Positions 48,667-56,700 of a stretch of DNA of 64,000 nt are shown piece after piece. The stretch's first letter is position 1; every line of letters begins with the position of its first letter. The position numbers were made by a program, and so were the translations under genes. The stretch spans positions 64,001 to 128,000 of the forward strand of contig CAVYJM010000018.1 of assembly GCA_963768855.1 (NCBI GenBank), in the 5' to 3' direction. Source of the stretch: an uncultured Thermoplasmata archaeon. GTDB lineage: Archaea > Thermoplasmatota > Thermoplasmata > RBG-16-68-12. The notes beneath the pieces are model-generated. The model worked only from the letters and a program-made list of their open reading frames with translations, had not been told where the DNA came from and did no database searches.

Positions 48667-49761
48667 TCAGTCCAGGGCAAGCGACTTCACCGCCTCGCGG
48701 TACGTCTCCATGGGCTGGAGGCAGTACGCGTCCCATGCGTCGCGGACCGCCCAGGCGCCCTGTCGTTGCAGGAAGAGCTCGGGTACGCCTTGGAGGAGTC
48801 CGTGGGTGTTCGCGGACCGCCGGAGGGTGTGCGAGGACACACGGACCTTCAGCCCGGCCCGCGCGGCGTACTCCTTGAACCTCCGGTTGTAGAGGTTCAG
48901 GTACACCTTCTTCGATGTCAGCGGGTCCCGGAAGACCGGGTCCTCGGGCTGCGGGTCCTTGAGCCGTTTCCACTCCTTGAGCCGCCGGGCCAGGCCCGCG
49001 TCCAAGAGTTTCTCCGCGTTCCAGCCGTGCTTTGACGGCCGCGGGTACGTCACCTTGGGCGGGGGTCCGAGTTCGACCTGGCCCCACGTCACGGTCCACA
49101 GGTCCTCGTGGCGGCCGATGGTCGTCCATTGGAACCGCGCGGCGAGGGACCAGGCGAAGTCCGATTCGGCCTCGGCGACGGCGAGCACGCGCTGGAGGTC
49201 CTCCTTGGAGATAGGCGCCCGGTTCTCCTTCGCCCGGTTGACCTCCTCTAGGGAGTACCGCTCCAGCTTTCGCCCCAGGTCGCGCACGCCGAGCCGGTCG
49301 AGTTCGAGTCGGTCGACCGCGTGCCGGAAGAAGCTCTGAATCGCGGAGACCCACACGTTGACCGTGTTCGGCTTCAAGGGTCGCCTTGAGTTCCAGGCAC
49401 GCCGGTAGGCCTCGAGGTCTTCCCAGGTGACCTCCCGGAGGTCGGACTTCCCGAGGGACGCCTCGACCCACTCGAACGTCGCCCGCGCCTTCTGCGTGTA
49501 CTCCCGGCGCGTGCCGGGAGCCTTCCGCTCGAGGTACGCGTCCCACTTGTCGAAGACCGGGCGCCAGGCCACGCGGACCGTGTGCTCGTCGGGTCCGTTG
49601 TCGGTGTCGCTTGCCGCGGGCTGCATCTCCCACGGATTTCGGTCGTCGTTCCTCAGAATGGGCTGAGGCAGCTCGTCGAGCGTCACGACCATGGAGACGG
49701 TCGCGCCGCTGGCGCTCTGCCACACTTGGGTTTCGCCCATCTCTGCGCACGACGACGGCAT
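48667..49761 (-). CDS. Tyrosine recombinase/integrase (start uncertain: 49899, 49761, 49740 or 49692)
   Basis: Catalytic set present: IGRHEDL (R), SKH (K), HTLRR (HxxR), QGAW (W) and WDAY (Y); N-terminal SAM-like helices. Confidence 0.92.
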   Translation of the reverse strand: MPSSCAEMGETQVWQSASGATVSMVVTLDELPQPILRNDDRNPWEMQPAASDTDNGPDEHTVRVAWRPVFDKWDAYLERKAPGTRREYTQKARATFEWVEASLGKSDLREVTWEDLEAYRRAWNSRRPLKPNTVNVWVSAIQSFFRHAVDRLELDRLGVRDLGRKLERYSLEEVNRAKENRAPISKEDLQRVLAVAEAESDFAWSLAARFQWTTIGRHEDLWTVTWGQVELGPPPKVTYPRPSKHGWNAEKLLDAGLARRLKEWKRLKDPQPEDPVFRDPLTSKKVYLNLYNRRFKEYAARAGLKVRVSSHTLRRSANTHGLLQGVPELFLQRQGAWAVRDAWDAYCLQPMETYREAVKSLALD

Positions 49762-49885
49762 GGGCCTCGGAGGCTTAGAACCTTCGGGAGGAGACCCGCC
49801 GGTCCGACGAGCGACAAAACTGTTGTGCGCAGAGATGTCGTGACGAGGGCCGACGGGTCGGTCATCGGGAGAGGCGGGCCGCGCC

Positions 49886-50134
49886 TTAGGACTTTCCATG
49901 GAGCCTCCCGAGGGCTTCGTGTACATGCGCGTCCGTGAGCCGGCGGACGGGCTCGAGGCGCTGCATGGCGCGGAGTTCGTTCTGGGACTGGAGGGAGCGG
50001 GCGGATTCCTCGGCGAACATCGCGGCGAGCTCCTCGAGGGCCGCGCTGAAGGCGACGACGGCGGACTCGGCGACCTGGCCGTCGGCGAGGCGGAGCCGGA
50101 GGAGGCGGCGCACGTCCGCGGGGCGGACAATCAT
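49886..50134 (-). CDS. Histone-fold-like protein (82 aa)
   Basis: PADVRRLLR / QVAESAVVAFSAALEELAAMFAEES / RRLTDAHVHEALGRL align by eye with helices 1-3 of archaeal HMf histones, with an extended helix 2. Confidence 0.65.
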   Translation of the reverse strand: MIVRPADVRRLLRLRLADGQVAESAVVAFSAALEELAAMFAEESARSLQSQNELRAMQRLEPVRRLTDAHVHEALGRLHGKS

Positions 50135-50346
50135 CGCCAGCGCTCCCCATGGCGGATGGTCGCGAGCTCCTTCTCCTTGTAGGCCAGGAAGCTCAGGAGA
50201 GCGGCTCGGACAAAATTCGCCCGGTCCCGGAAGTGGAACTCTGGGGCATCGACGAGGGCGTCCATCCGCTCGATTTCGAAGCGGGTGACGCTGACCGTGA
50301 CGATGTGCTCAGCTTCGACCTCGGCGCTCGCGTTCGTCTCGTCCAT
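50131..50346 (-). CDS. Ribbon-helix-helix (CopG-like) regulator
   Basis: IVTVSVTRFEIERMDALV...FRDRANFVRAALLSFL; overlaps the histone-fold gene start by 4 nt. Confidence 0.75.
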   Translation of the reverse strand: MDETNASAEVEAEHIVTVSVTRFEIERMDALVDAPEFHFRDRANFVRAALLSFLAYKEKELATIRHGERWR

Positions 50347-50657
50347 GCTTGTCCTCCTGTTCTGGTCTGAAGGCCTTCGTCTGGACCACAAGCTCGATGA
50401 GGAACTGGGGCTCGCGTCTCGGCGGGCGGTCCTCGGGGCTCACGGTCGGTCTCTCCTTCGCCGCATGGCGGCCGTCGTAGGGGGTGCTCGCCAGAAGCGG
50501 TTCCAGCGCATCCTGGGCCTCTCGGGCTCCTGGCAGGCCCTCGGGCCCGTCTGGGGCGGAAGCGTTCCCACGGCCCTTCTCGTCGTTTTTCTACCGAAGT
50601 AGAAGGTGGGTGCGGGCCGGGCTGGACCCGACACGACCCGCACCGTTGATTCGGAAC

Positions 50658-50878
50658 TCACGCCCGCCCTCCGGCGCGGCAGGGAGCACAGACGACCTCG
50701 ACCGCCTCGACCTCGGTCACGGGACCGCCGCGGTTCTTGGCCCCGAACCCGCTGCCGAGGAGGAGCGTCGTGATGAACGGCTTCCGGCATCGCTGGCACG
50801 CCGCGAGGGCGGAGAGCTCGAAGACCAGGCCGCTGGTCCGCGCCCCGAACGCCTCCCGGACGAGCTTGAGGTCGCCAT
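50658..50878 (-). CDS. Small zinc-finger protein with an apparent -1 lesion just after ATG
   Basis: ATG 50878 is one base out of frame with DLKLVREAFG...CQRC...CAPC. Confidence 0.5.
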
Positions 50879-51061
50879 CTAAATCGCCGCCGTCACGACC
50901 AAGTTCAGTCGCTCGGAGACCCGCGCGTGTCGCTCGACGACCACGTTCTTGACGTTCATGTCCGTGATGCCGTTCGCCACGAGGAACGCGTCGATGGCCG
51001 CCTTCTGCTGGGCGTCGGTCTTCGTCGCATCGACAGTCAAGACGAAGGCGTGCAAGACCAT
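50879..51061 (-). CDS. Small hypothetical protein (60 aa)
   Basis: MVLHAFVLTVDATKTDAQQKAAIDAFLVANG...; genome-typical codon use; abuts the next ATG. Confidence 0.55.
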   Translation of the reverse strand: MVLHAFVLTVDATKTDAQQKAAIDAFLVANGITDMNVKNVVVERHARVSERLNLVVTAAI

Positions 51062-51091
51062 GCTCAGGCCTCCCGCCGCCCGCGGACCCGA

Positions 51092-51505
51092 GTGACTCCC
51101 GGAGGAGGCGGAGCTCCGCGCGGTACGGGGCGACCGCCTCCTCGACGGCGAGTCGCGTCAGCCGCGACGGGCCTGGGCTGGCCTGCGAAGACATTCTACG
51201 CGCACCTCGACTACTTGGTGCGCCGCGGCGATGCGGCCCGCTCCGTGACCCGCACGGAGCGCGGCGGCGTGCGAGGCGTTTACCTGGAGGCGACCGAGGA
51301 CGGCGATTGCGCGAGCGCCCGCGCCCGCGCGACCGCCTGGCGGGAAATCCAGGATGTCACGGGGCGGGCGCGATGGCAAGGGAGGGGCCTGACGCCGCGG
51401 GAGTACTTCGACTGCCTGGAGGCGCTGGCCCGCGCCGGGGGCTTCCCCCGAAGCCCGGGCCGGGGACAGCGACGCGCGGAGTCGGGCGTCACGTGGGGCG
51501 AGTGA
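51092..51505 (+). CDS. Possible winged-helix protein (start uncertain)
   Basis: LGWPAKTFYAHLDYLVRRG followed by a beta-hairpin resembles a recognition helix plus wing. Confidence 0.4.
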   Translation: MTPGGGGAPRGTGRPPPRRRVASAATGLGWPAKTFYAHLDYLVRRGDAARSVTRTERGGVRGVYLEATEDGDCASARARATAWREIQDVTGRARWQGRGLTPREYFDCLEALARAGGFPRSPGRGQRRAESGVTWGE

Positions 51506-51508
51506 CGG

Positions 51509-51765
51509 ATGCCCGGAGGTCCGGTCGCCATCGCGGGCGGTATCCTCCTCGTCGCGGAGCGGTCTTCCTGGTCCTCGCCATCCTCCAGGCGCAAGCGGGC
51601 TGCCTCGTCAACGCGACGTGGATGCTGGGCGCGGCCGCACTCGGACTCGGGCTCGGCGGCAAGGCAACCGTCAACCTCCCCGGAGGCCTCGTCGTCGCGG
51701 GCCCCATAGGCGTCGCCCTCATCGTCGCCTCGCTCGTCATCGGCCGCATGTACGGCGGCTGCTAG
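51509..51765 (+). CDS. Small hydrophobic membrane protein with an apparent -1 lesion at about 51555
   Basis: MPGGPVAIAGGILLVA continues in another frame as GAVFLVLAILQ...VALIVASLVIGRMYGGC. Confidence 0.5.
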
Positions 51766-52038
51766 CGGCCCTCCCGTTTCGCCTCGAGGGCCTCGCCGCG
51801 ACCCCAGGGCCGCTCCCAGGGCGTCCCGGTCGCGGGACGGGCCCGAGGCCGTCCTCGAGGCCGGGCGCGTAGGGCGGGTCTCCTGCGCGTTTCTCCACCT
51901 GACATCCCCCTCCATGGACGGACAGCGGTCCCTCCATGCGGGACGACGCGCTCATTCGCCGGGCGTCGGGCAGCCTGGCGTATGCTTCGGAAGGCCCTCG
52001 AAAGGACTATATCTCCGGGAACGGGGTGGGGAGCCTCC

Positions 52039-52506
52039 ATGCAACCACCGTCGGAACCGCCGAAGAGCCACATCTGGCAGCGGCACCCGGGGCCCGTGGC
52101 GGGTCTGGTCATCGTGGGCCTGTTCGTCGTCGGCCTGACGGTCCTCATCGCTTGGCACGGTTACGGACTGACCGAGCCGCAGGCCAACGACTTTCTCAGC
52201 GCCACGCTGACCGTCACCGTAGGGCTCCTGGCTGGCGTCTTCTTCGTCGCGCAGCTGGCCATCTCGTCGCTCGCACGGCATCCGGCCGACCCGCGGCTGG
52301 GAGACCGGGAGGGCTGGGTCCTCGTATTCCTCCTCGACATCGGCGCATTGTCCCTCGCGCTGCTATTCGCGGCCGCGGGCCTCGTGGGCGCTTGGTCCGC
52401 GACCTCAGCCGTCGCGGCCGTGGCGTTCAGCTGGTTGGCCGGAATGTTCCTCATCGCCTTCGGCATCTTCTTCTTCTTCGGGCGTGCCCCGCCGGGCGCG
52501 AGCTAA
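52039..52506 (+). CDS. Hypothetical four-TM membrane protein
   Basis: Four hydrophobic segments; ATG 52039. Confidence 0.7.
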   Translation: MQPPSEPPKSHIWQRHPGPVAGLVIVGLFVVGLTVLIAWHGYGLTEPQANDFLSATLTVTVGLLAGVFFVAQLAISSLARHPADPRLGDREGWVLVFLLDIGALSLALLFAAAGLVGAWSATSAVAAVAFSWLAGMFLIAFGIFFFFGRAPPGAS

Positions 52507-54266
52507 ACTCCCGGATTCTGAAGCCCGGCGGGACACCGGGCGTGCCGTCTCGCGTTCGCACCAACGTACTCCTGGCCGGAAACGATGGGCTGATGACACG
52601 TCTCGCACACGCCGAGGACGAGCGGCCGCTCAGGAGGCCGATGCCGCTCCAGGAGGGGCCGGGGCGATGCGGGGCCGAGCGTCGACCAGGTGCTCGGGAA
52701 GACGACGGGGCCCGGCTTCCCGCGCTCCCGCGTCAGGGTGCGGGACGCCAGGGCGAGGGAATCCGGGAAGTCGTCGTGCCCTCCCGCGGCCGCGTGCAAC
52801 ATGAGGTTGCCGCTCGCCGAGATGCGGTACTCGAAGGACGCGAGCTCGCGGAGGAGGTTCGCTTGCTGGGGCAGCGTGAGCTTGTCCGCCTCGAGGGCGG
52901 CCTTCAGGCGCGAGTAGAGCTCGACCTTGGACGGTAGGCTGAAGGTCACGGGCTCGACTGGGAGGCCCTTCGCCCGGAGGAGGTCGTTGACCGCGTGCGC
53001 GGAGGCGTCCGAGTAGATGCGGCGGAAGCGCCAGAGCCCATGCAGCCACGCGACGTAGGCGACCTGGTCGACGTACGACGTCCCCTCGAAGGTCTTGAGC
53101 CAGAGGACGCGGCCGTGGCCCGACGCGTCGACGCCGACGACCGTGAGCACGGTGCGGTCGCCGCCCTCGACCCTCGCCCAGTCCGCGCCGAGGTACCTCG
53201 TCATCGCGGCGTGCTCCTCGAGCGGCGTCTCGACCAGGGGGTAGGCCTGCACGGCGCGGGCGACGAGCTCGGAGGGGAAGTACGCGTTCTGCGAGGACAG
53301 GAACGCGGCGTGGTACTCGGACTCGAAGGACAGGGAGTCCATGGACGCCCGCTCCTTCTCCAGGAACGCGGGGGCGATGAGGGGACAGCGTTCCGCGGGG
53401 ACGTGCGACCGTGCGTACAGCTCCGAGTTCCACGCCCTCCAGAGGAAGCCGCTCTGCCCGAACGGCGTCGAGATGAGGACGACCTTGCCGCCCTCCGACG
53501 CCGCCAGGAACGGGCCCGCGGCCTGGTACACGGACTCGTCGACCCACGCGGCCTCGTTGAAGACGAGGAGGGAGACGCGGCTGAAGCCGCGGATGGTCAC
53601 GCCGCCGGACATGCCGCCCGGCAGGGAGTACACGCGGCTCGCGTTCGTCAGGGAGAGTTCGGAGGAGGAGAGGTCGACAACGGACTCGCGGAGCTCGCGC
53701 CGGGAGAGGGCGAAACCCTGGAGGCGTTCCATCCACAGGTCGCTCTGCCGCTGGGAGGGTGAGACGCACACGACGACCGCGCCGGGACGGACGACGGCGA
53801 GCCAGAGCGCGTACAGCGCGGTCAGGTGGTCCTTGCCGCTCTGCCGCGACCACACGAGGGCCGTGCGGTCGTGTCCGCGGATGAGCTCCAGGGCGTCGGC
53901 CTGGTAGTCGAAGAGGGAGACGCCGAGCCAGGTCAGGAACGCGGCCGGGTCCTCGACGAACCGGCGGACGAGGTTGTCGTCAAGACGCTCTATCGCGGGC
54001 TCCGGCTCTGGGGCGAGGCCGAGGAGGGACGCGACGCGGGCCGCCAGGCCGCCCTCCTCCCGCCGGGGGCGAGGCGGGCCGCCCGAGCCGGCGAGGGTCG
54101 AGGGCCTGCGGACGCCGAGGCGCGACAGCCGCTGCCGGATGTTGTCCCGCGACGTGTCGAAGCGGTCCGCCAGGTACGCGGTCGACTTGCCCTCGAGGTA
54201 CAGGTCCCTCAGGAGGGCGTCCTCCTGGGCCGTCCACTCCCTCGGACGGCCCGGCTTCCCGGTCAC
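52503..54266 (-). CDS. Large terminase subunit (TerL)-like ATPase/nuclease with N-terminal HTH and C-terminal Cys/His motif
   Basis: LFDYQ, WSRQSGKD (Walker A), VSPSQRQS, LLVFNE (Walker B position), ISTPFG, LGADWA, YSDAS and HDDFPDSLALA; GTG 54266 follows a GAGGTG SD-like site (ORF track starts at TTG 54335). Confidence 0.85.
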   Translation of the reverse strand: MTGKPGRPREWTAQEDALLRDLYLEGKSTAYLADRFDTSRDNIRQRLSRLGVRRPSTLAGSGGPPRPRREEGGLAARVASLLGLAPEPEPAIERLDDNLVRRFVEDPAAFLTWLGVSLFDYQADALELIRGHDRTALVWSRQSGKDHLTALYALWLAVVRPGAVVVCVSPSQRQSDLWMERLQGFALSRRELRESVVDLSSSELSLTNASRVYSLPGGMSGGVTIRGFSRVSLLVFNEAAWVDESVYQAAGPFLAASEGGKVVLISTPFGQSGFLWRAWNSELYARSHVPAERCPLIAPAFLEKERASMDSLSFESEYHAAFLSSQNAYFPSELVARAVQAYPLVETPLEEHAAMTRYLGADWARVEGGDRTVLTVVGVDASGHGRVLWLKTFEGTSYVDQVAYVAWLHGLWRFRRIYSDASAHAVNDLLRAKGLPVEPVTFSLPSKVELYSRLKAALEADKLTLPQQANLLRELASFEYRISASGNLMLHAAAGGHDDFPDSLALASRTLTRERGKPGPVVFPSTWSTLGPASPRPLLERHRPPERPLVLGVCETCHQPIVSGQEYVGANARRHARCPAGLQNPGV

Positions 54267-54409
54267 GACGGCACCTCGCTCCTCCCTGGAGAGGCCCGTG
54301 AATCCTCGAGGCGCGACCTCGACGGTTGAGGGCAAACTGTCATTATGTCACCAGGGGCCGCGTCACGGGCCCGGGGTTGCCCCGGCGACCTTTTTGTACG
54401 TGGGGAGCC

Positions 54410-55012
54410 GTGTCCGAGCCCGTGAAAGTCGCCACTGTCCTGGCAATCCTCGACCTCGCCATGATGGTCGTCCTCGGGGCCATCCTCATCCTCGGGTGGC
54501 TGTTTGCGCTGGCCTTGCGCGATGCGGCCTGGGCCGTCGCGGCAGCGACGATTGCCTTGGCCATGGCCACGATGTTCCAGCTGCGTCACTCGGCGGCCCT
54601 GTCGAATCAAACCAAGGCGCTCACTGAGGCCACCCGCGACCTCAACCGAATCGAAGAAAAGCGGGACCTCCAGGCCCGTCTCGGGAGGGCGATTGCCGCC
54701 GCGGACGCCTTTCTGCTCCTCAGCCCGGACGCGGTCAAGGTCAAATTCACACAGGGGATGGTCGACGCTCAATTCAGGGGCGGTCTCTACGCGCTCGCTA
54801 ACTACACGGACCTGTTCTCCGACGACGCCCGCAAGTCGCTGATGACCTGGCGTGACTACGTCGAAGGGCTCCATCCGTTCGAGGCGGGAAAGTACCTGTT
54901 CTCCTCGCCCTCCGGTGCGGACGGGGCGAAGCAGCCGGGCGAGGTTCGAGACCTTCAGACGCTCGTCGAACGCGAGGCACGCGCCTGGCGCGAGAGGCTC
55001 GTCAAGCTCTGA
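54410..55012 (+). CDS. Hypothetical membrane-anchored protein
   Basis: Two N-terminal TM helices, then a helical soluble domain; GTG 54410. Confidence 0.7.
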   Translation: MSEPVKVATVLAILDLAMMVVLGAILILGWLFALALRDAAWAVAAATIALAMATMFQLRHSAALSNQTKALTEATRDLNRIEEKRDLQARLGRAIAAADAFLLLSPDAVKVKFTQGMVDAQFRGGLYALANYTDLFSDDARKSLMTWRDYVEGLHPFEAGKYLFSSPSGADGAKQPGEVRDLQTLVEREARAWRERLVKL

Positions 55013-55023
55013 CGGGGGGTCGG

Positions 55024-55127
55024 GGTTCCCCGGCGAGTCGTTCGTCATGGCGATACCTCGGGAACCTTTCGGGGAACCGCACCCGCCTTCCCTCCCGTGC
55101 GAGCCGGGGAACCGTCCGGGGAACCGT
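55024..55127. repeat. Iteron-like GGGAACC repeat cluster
   Basis: CCGGGGAACCGT twice in tandem (55104-55127), CGGGGAACCG (55070-55079), CGGGAACC (55059-55066) and an inverted copy GGTTCCCCGG (55024-55033). Confidence 0.65.
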
Positions 55128-55956
55128 GCTCCTTCATGTGCCGCTTGACCTCCCGGCGGAGCATGAGCATGGCCTCGGAGTTCTCCCGGACCTGGAGGGC
55201 GAGCGCCTCGAGCTTGGCGTCGCGTCCGACGGGCTGCCGCCGCTCGAAGAAGGCCTCGAGCTCGTCCCACGAGAGCTTGACCGCGGGCGGACGCACCTCG
55301 ACGCGGGCGAGGGTGCCGCGTCCGTCCTCGTGGTTGTACGCCTTGAGGAGGAGACCCTCCGCGTCGAGGTAGGTCCGCGCCTCGACTCCCTCGAACCTCG
55401 CCGACGCCCCGTCCCGGAAGGCCTCGAAGGTCAGGGTGGCCTCCGCGTCCCGGTCGAAGGGGAGGCCGAGGAGGGCGAGGACGAGGTGTACCTCGGACAG
55501 GGTGAAGCCCCGCGGGGAGAGGAGCCGCAGCTCGAGGGTCGAACCGCCCACGACGACCTCCGCGGCCCCTTCGAGATGCGGCAGTGGGACCGCGGCGGTC
55601 AGCTTGTGGTCTCCGCGGTCCTTCCAGGGGCCGAGGGCCGCGAGCCGACCCGACGAGGGGAGGGAACCGGGGGAGACCGTGTCTGGGTCGGTTCCCCCGA
55701 CGATGCGCACGTTCTGCAGGAGGACGGGGCCGAGGAGCGAATCGAGGCTCGGCCGGTGAGCCTTGCGCCAATCATGAAGGAGCCGCTTCGCGTACCCCGT
55801 CGTCACATGGAGACGGGCTGCGACCTCGCCAGGTTTGCGGGCGAGCTCCGGGTGCTCGTCGAGGTAGGCGAAGACGCGAGCTCTTGCCGTGGGGGACGCG
55901 GTCGACGTTCGTTCGTCCCCCTGGTAAAGGTTCATGGAACCCTCCGCGTCGACCAT
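55045..55956 (-). CDS. HTH-containing hypothetical protein, candidate replication initiator
   Basis: RVFAYLDEHP...PGEVAARLHVTTGYAKRLL HTH; LLKAYNHE...ARVEV segment; C-terminal coiled coil. Confidence 0.6.
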   Translation of the reverse strand: MVDAEGSMNLYQGDERTSTASPTARARVFAYLDEHPELARKPGEVAARLHVTTGYAKRLLHDWRKAHRPSLDSLLGPVLLQNVRIVGGTDPDTVSPGSLPSSGRLAALGPWKDRGDHKLTAAVPLPHLEGAAEVVVGGSTLELRLLSPRGFTLSEVHLVLALLGLPFDRDAEATLTFEAFRDGASARFEGVEARTYLDAEGLLLKAYNHEDGRGTLARVEVRPPAVKLSWDELEAFFERRQPVGRDAKLEALALQVRENSEAMLMLRREVKRHMKEHGSPDGSPARTGGKAGAVPRKVPEVSP

Positions 55957-56020
55957 GTCAGAGAGTCCTCCGGCTGTCCGTCGAAAAATGAGAAAAAGGG
56001 TTCAGGGAACGACTATTTCG

Positions 56021-56031
56021 AATTAGGCTTT
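56021..56031 (+). repeat. Right att core
   Basis: AATTAGGCTTT, exactly 7400 bp from the left copy. Confidence 0.75.
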
Positions 56032-56115
56032 TGTCTCCACGGTCCGGAATGTCGCTATCCTCTGGCTCCGGAGCGGCGCCCGCTGACTCGAGAACCTGAA
56101 GGCGCGCCCCCTTCG

Positions 56116-56700
56116 CTACGATTCGCGTCGCTCGAGGAGAGGCCACAGGGCCAGAAGCAGGATGACGCACACGAGGGCGGCCGCCAGAACGAGGGCCGTG
56201 GGGATTGTGGTCACAGGGAGCGTGCCCGCGAGGGCAAGGTCCGCCGCGAGGGTCGATCCCAGGAACGCGATCCCGGAGACCGCCACGATCCGGACGAGGG
56301 AGCGCTGCAGGGCGGACCCGAGCCGCTCCCGATCCTCTGCCTCCAGGGAGCCCACGTAGAGCGGGACGAAGCGGTCTGCGACGAGCCGCAGCTCCACCGC
56401 GAAGAGCGCCAGCGTCAGGAACCCGATCGAGGACGCCGCGTCCAGAGGCAGGAGGACAATGTGCACCGTGAGATAGGCCGCCACCAGGAGACCGAGGCCG
56501 AAGCGGCGAAGCGGGCCGTACTCGATCCGGATCCCCAGGAGGGTCGCCGCGAGCGCGACCAGGAGGGCGACCACGAAGTCCTGGCGAAGCGCCGTCGACG
56601 GGATGTCCAGGAAGTCGACCAGCGCCCACGCGAACAGCGCGAGCGCGACGAGCACGGGCAGGACCGAGAGGATGATCGCGGTCAGGCGGGACGAGGCCAC
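56116..56700 (-). CDS. Hypothetical multi-pass membrane protein
   Basis: About 6 TM helices; GTG 56700 overlaps the DUF58 gene end. Confidence 0.7.
   Translation of the reverse strand: MASSRLTAIILSVLPVLVALALFAWALVDFLDIPSTALRQDFVVALLVALAATLLGIRIEYGPLRRFGLGLLVAAYLTVHIVLLPLDAASSIGFLTLALFAVELRLVADRFVPLYVGSLEAEDRERLGSALQRSLVRIVAVSGIAFLGSTLAADLALAGTLPVTTIPTALVLAAALVCVILLLALWPLLERRES

Larger units (their letters stand above)
48621..56031. mobile_element. 7.4-kb integrated virus-like/satellite element
   Basis: Direct repeats AATTAGGCTTT at 48621-48631 and 56021-56031; integrase next to the left repeat; terminase-like, histone-fold and RHH genes inside. Confidence 0.8.

Noticed and set aside
49690-49761. 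AbrB-like module at the integrase N-terminus (MGETQVWQSASGATVSMVVTL)
   Set aside because: Too short and the resemblance too weak to support without a profile search
48667-50130. 487-aa integrase as given in the ORF track
   Set aside because: The first ~75 codons overlap the histone-fold gene in another frame and are low-complexity; the real start is further downstream
48621-56031. Classification as a complete tailed provirus or as a canonical PICI
   Set aside because: No portal, major capsid, tail, primase or separate TerS gene was recognisable, so neither label is supported
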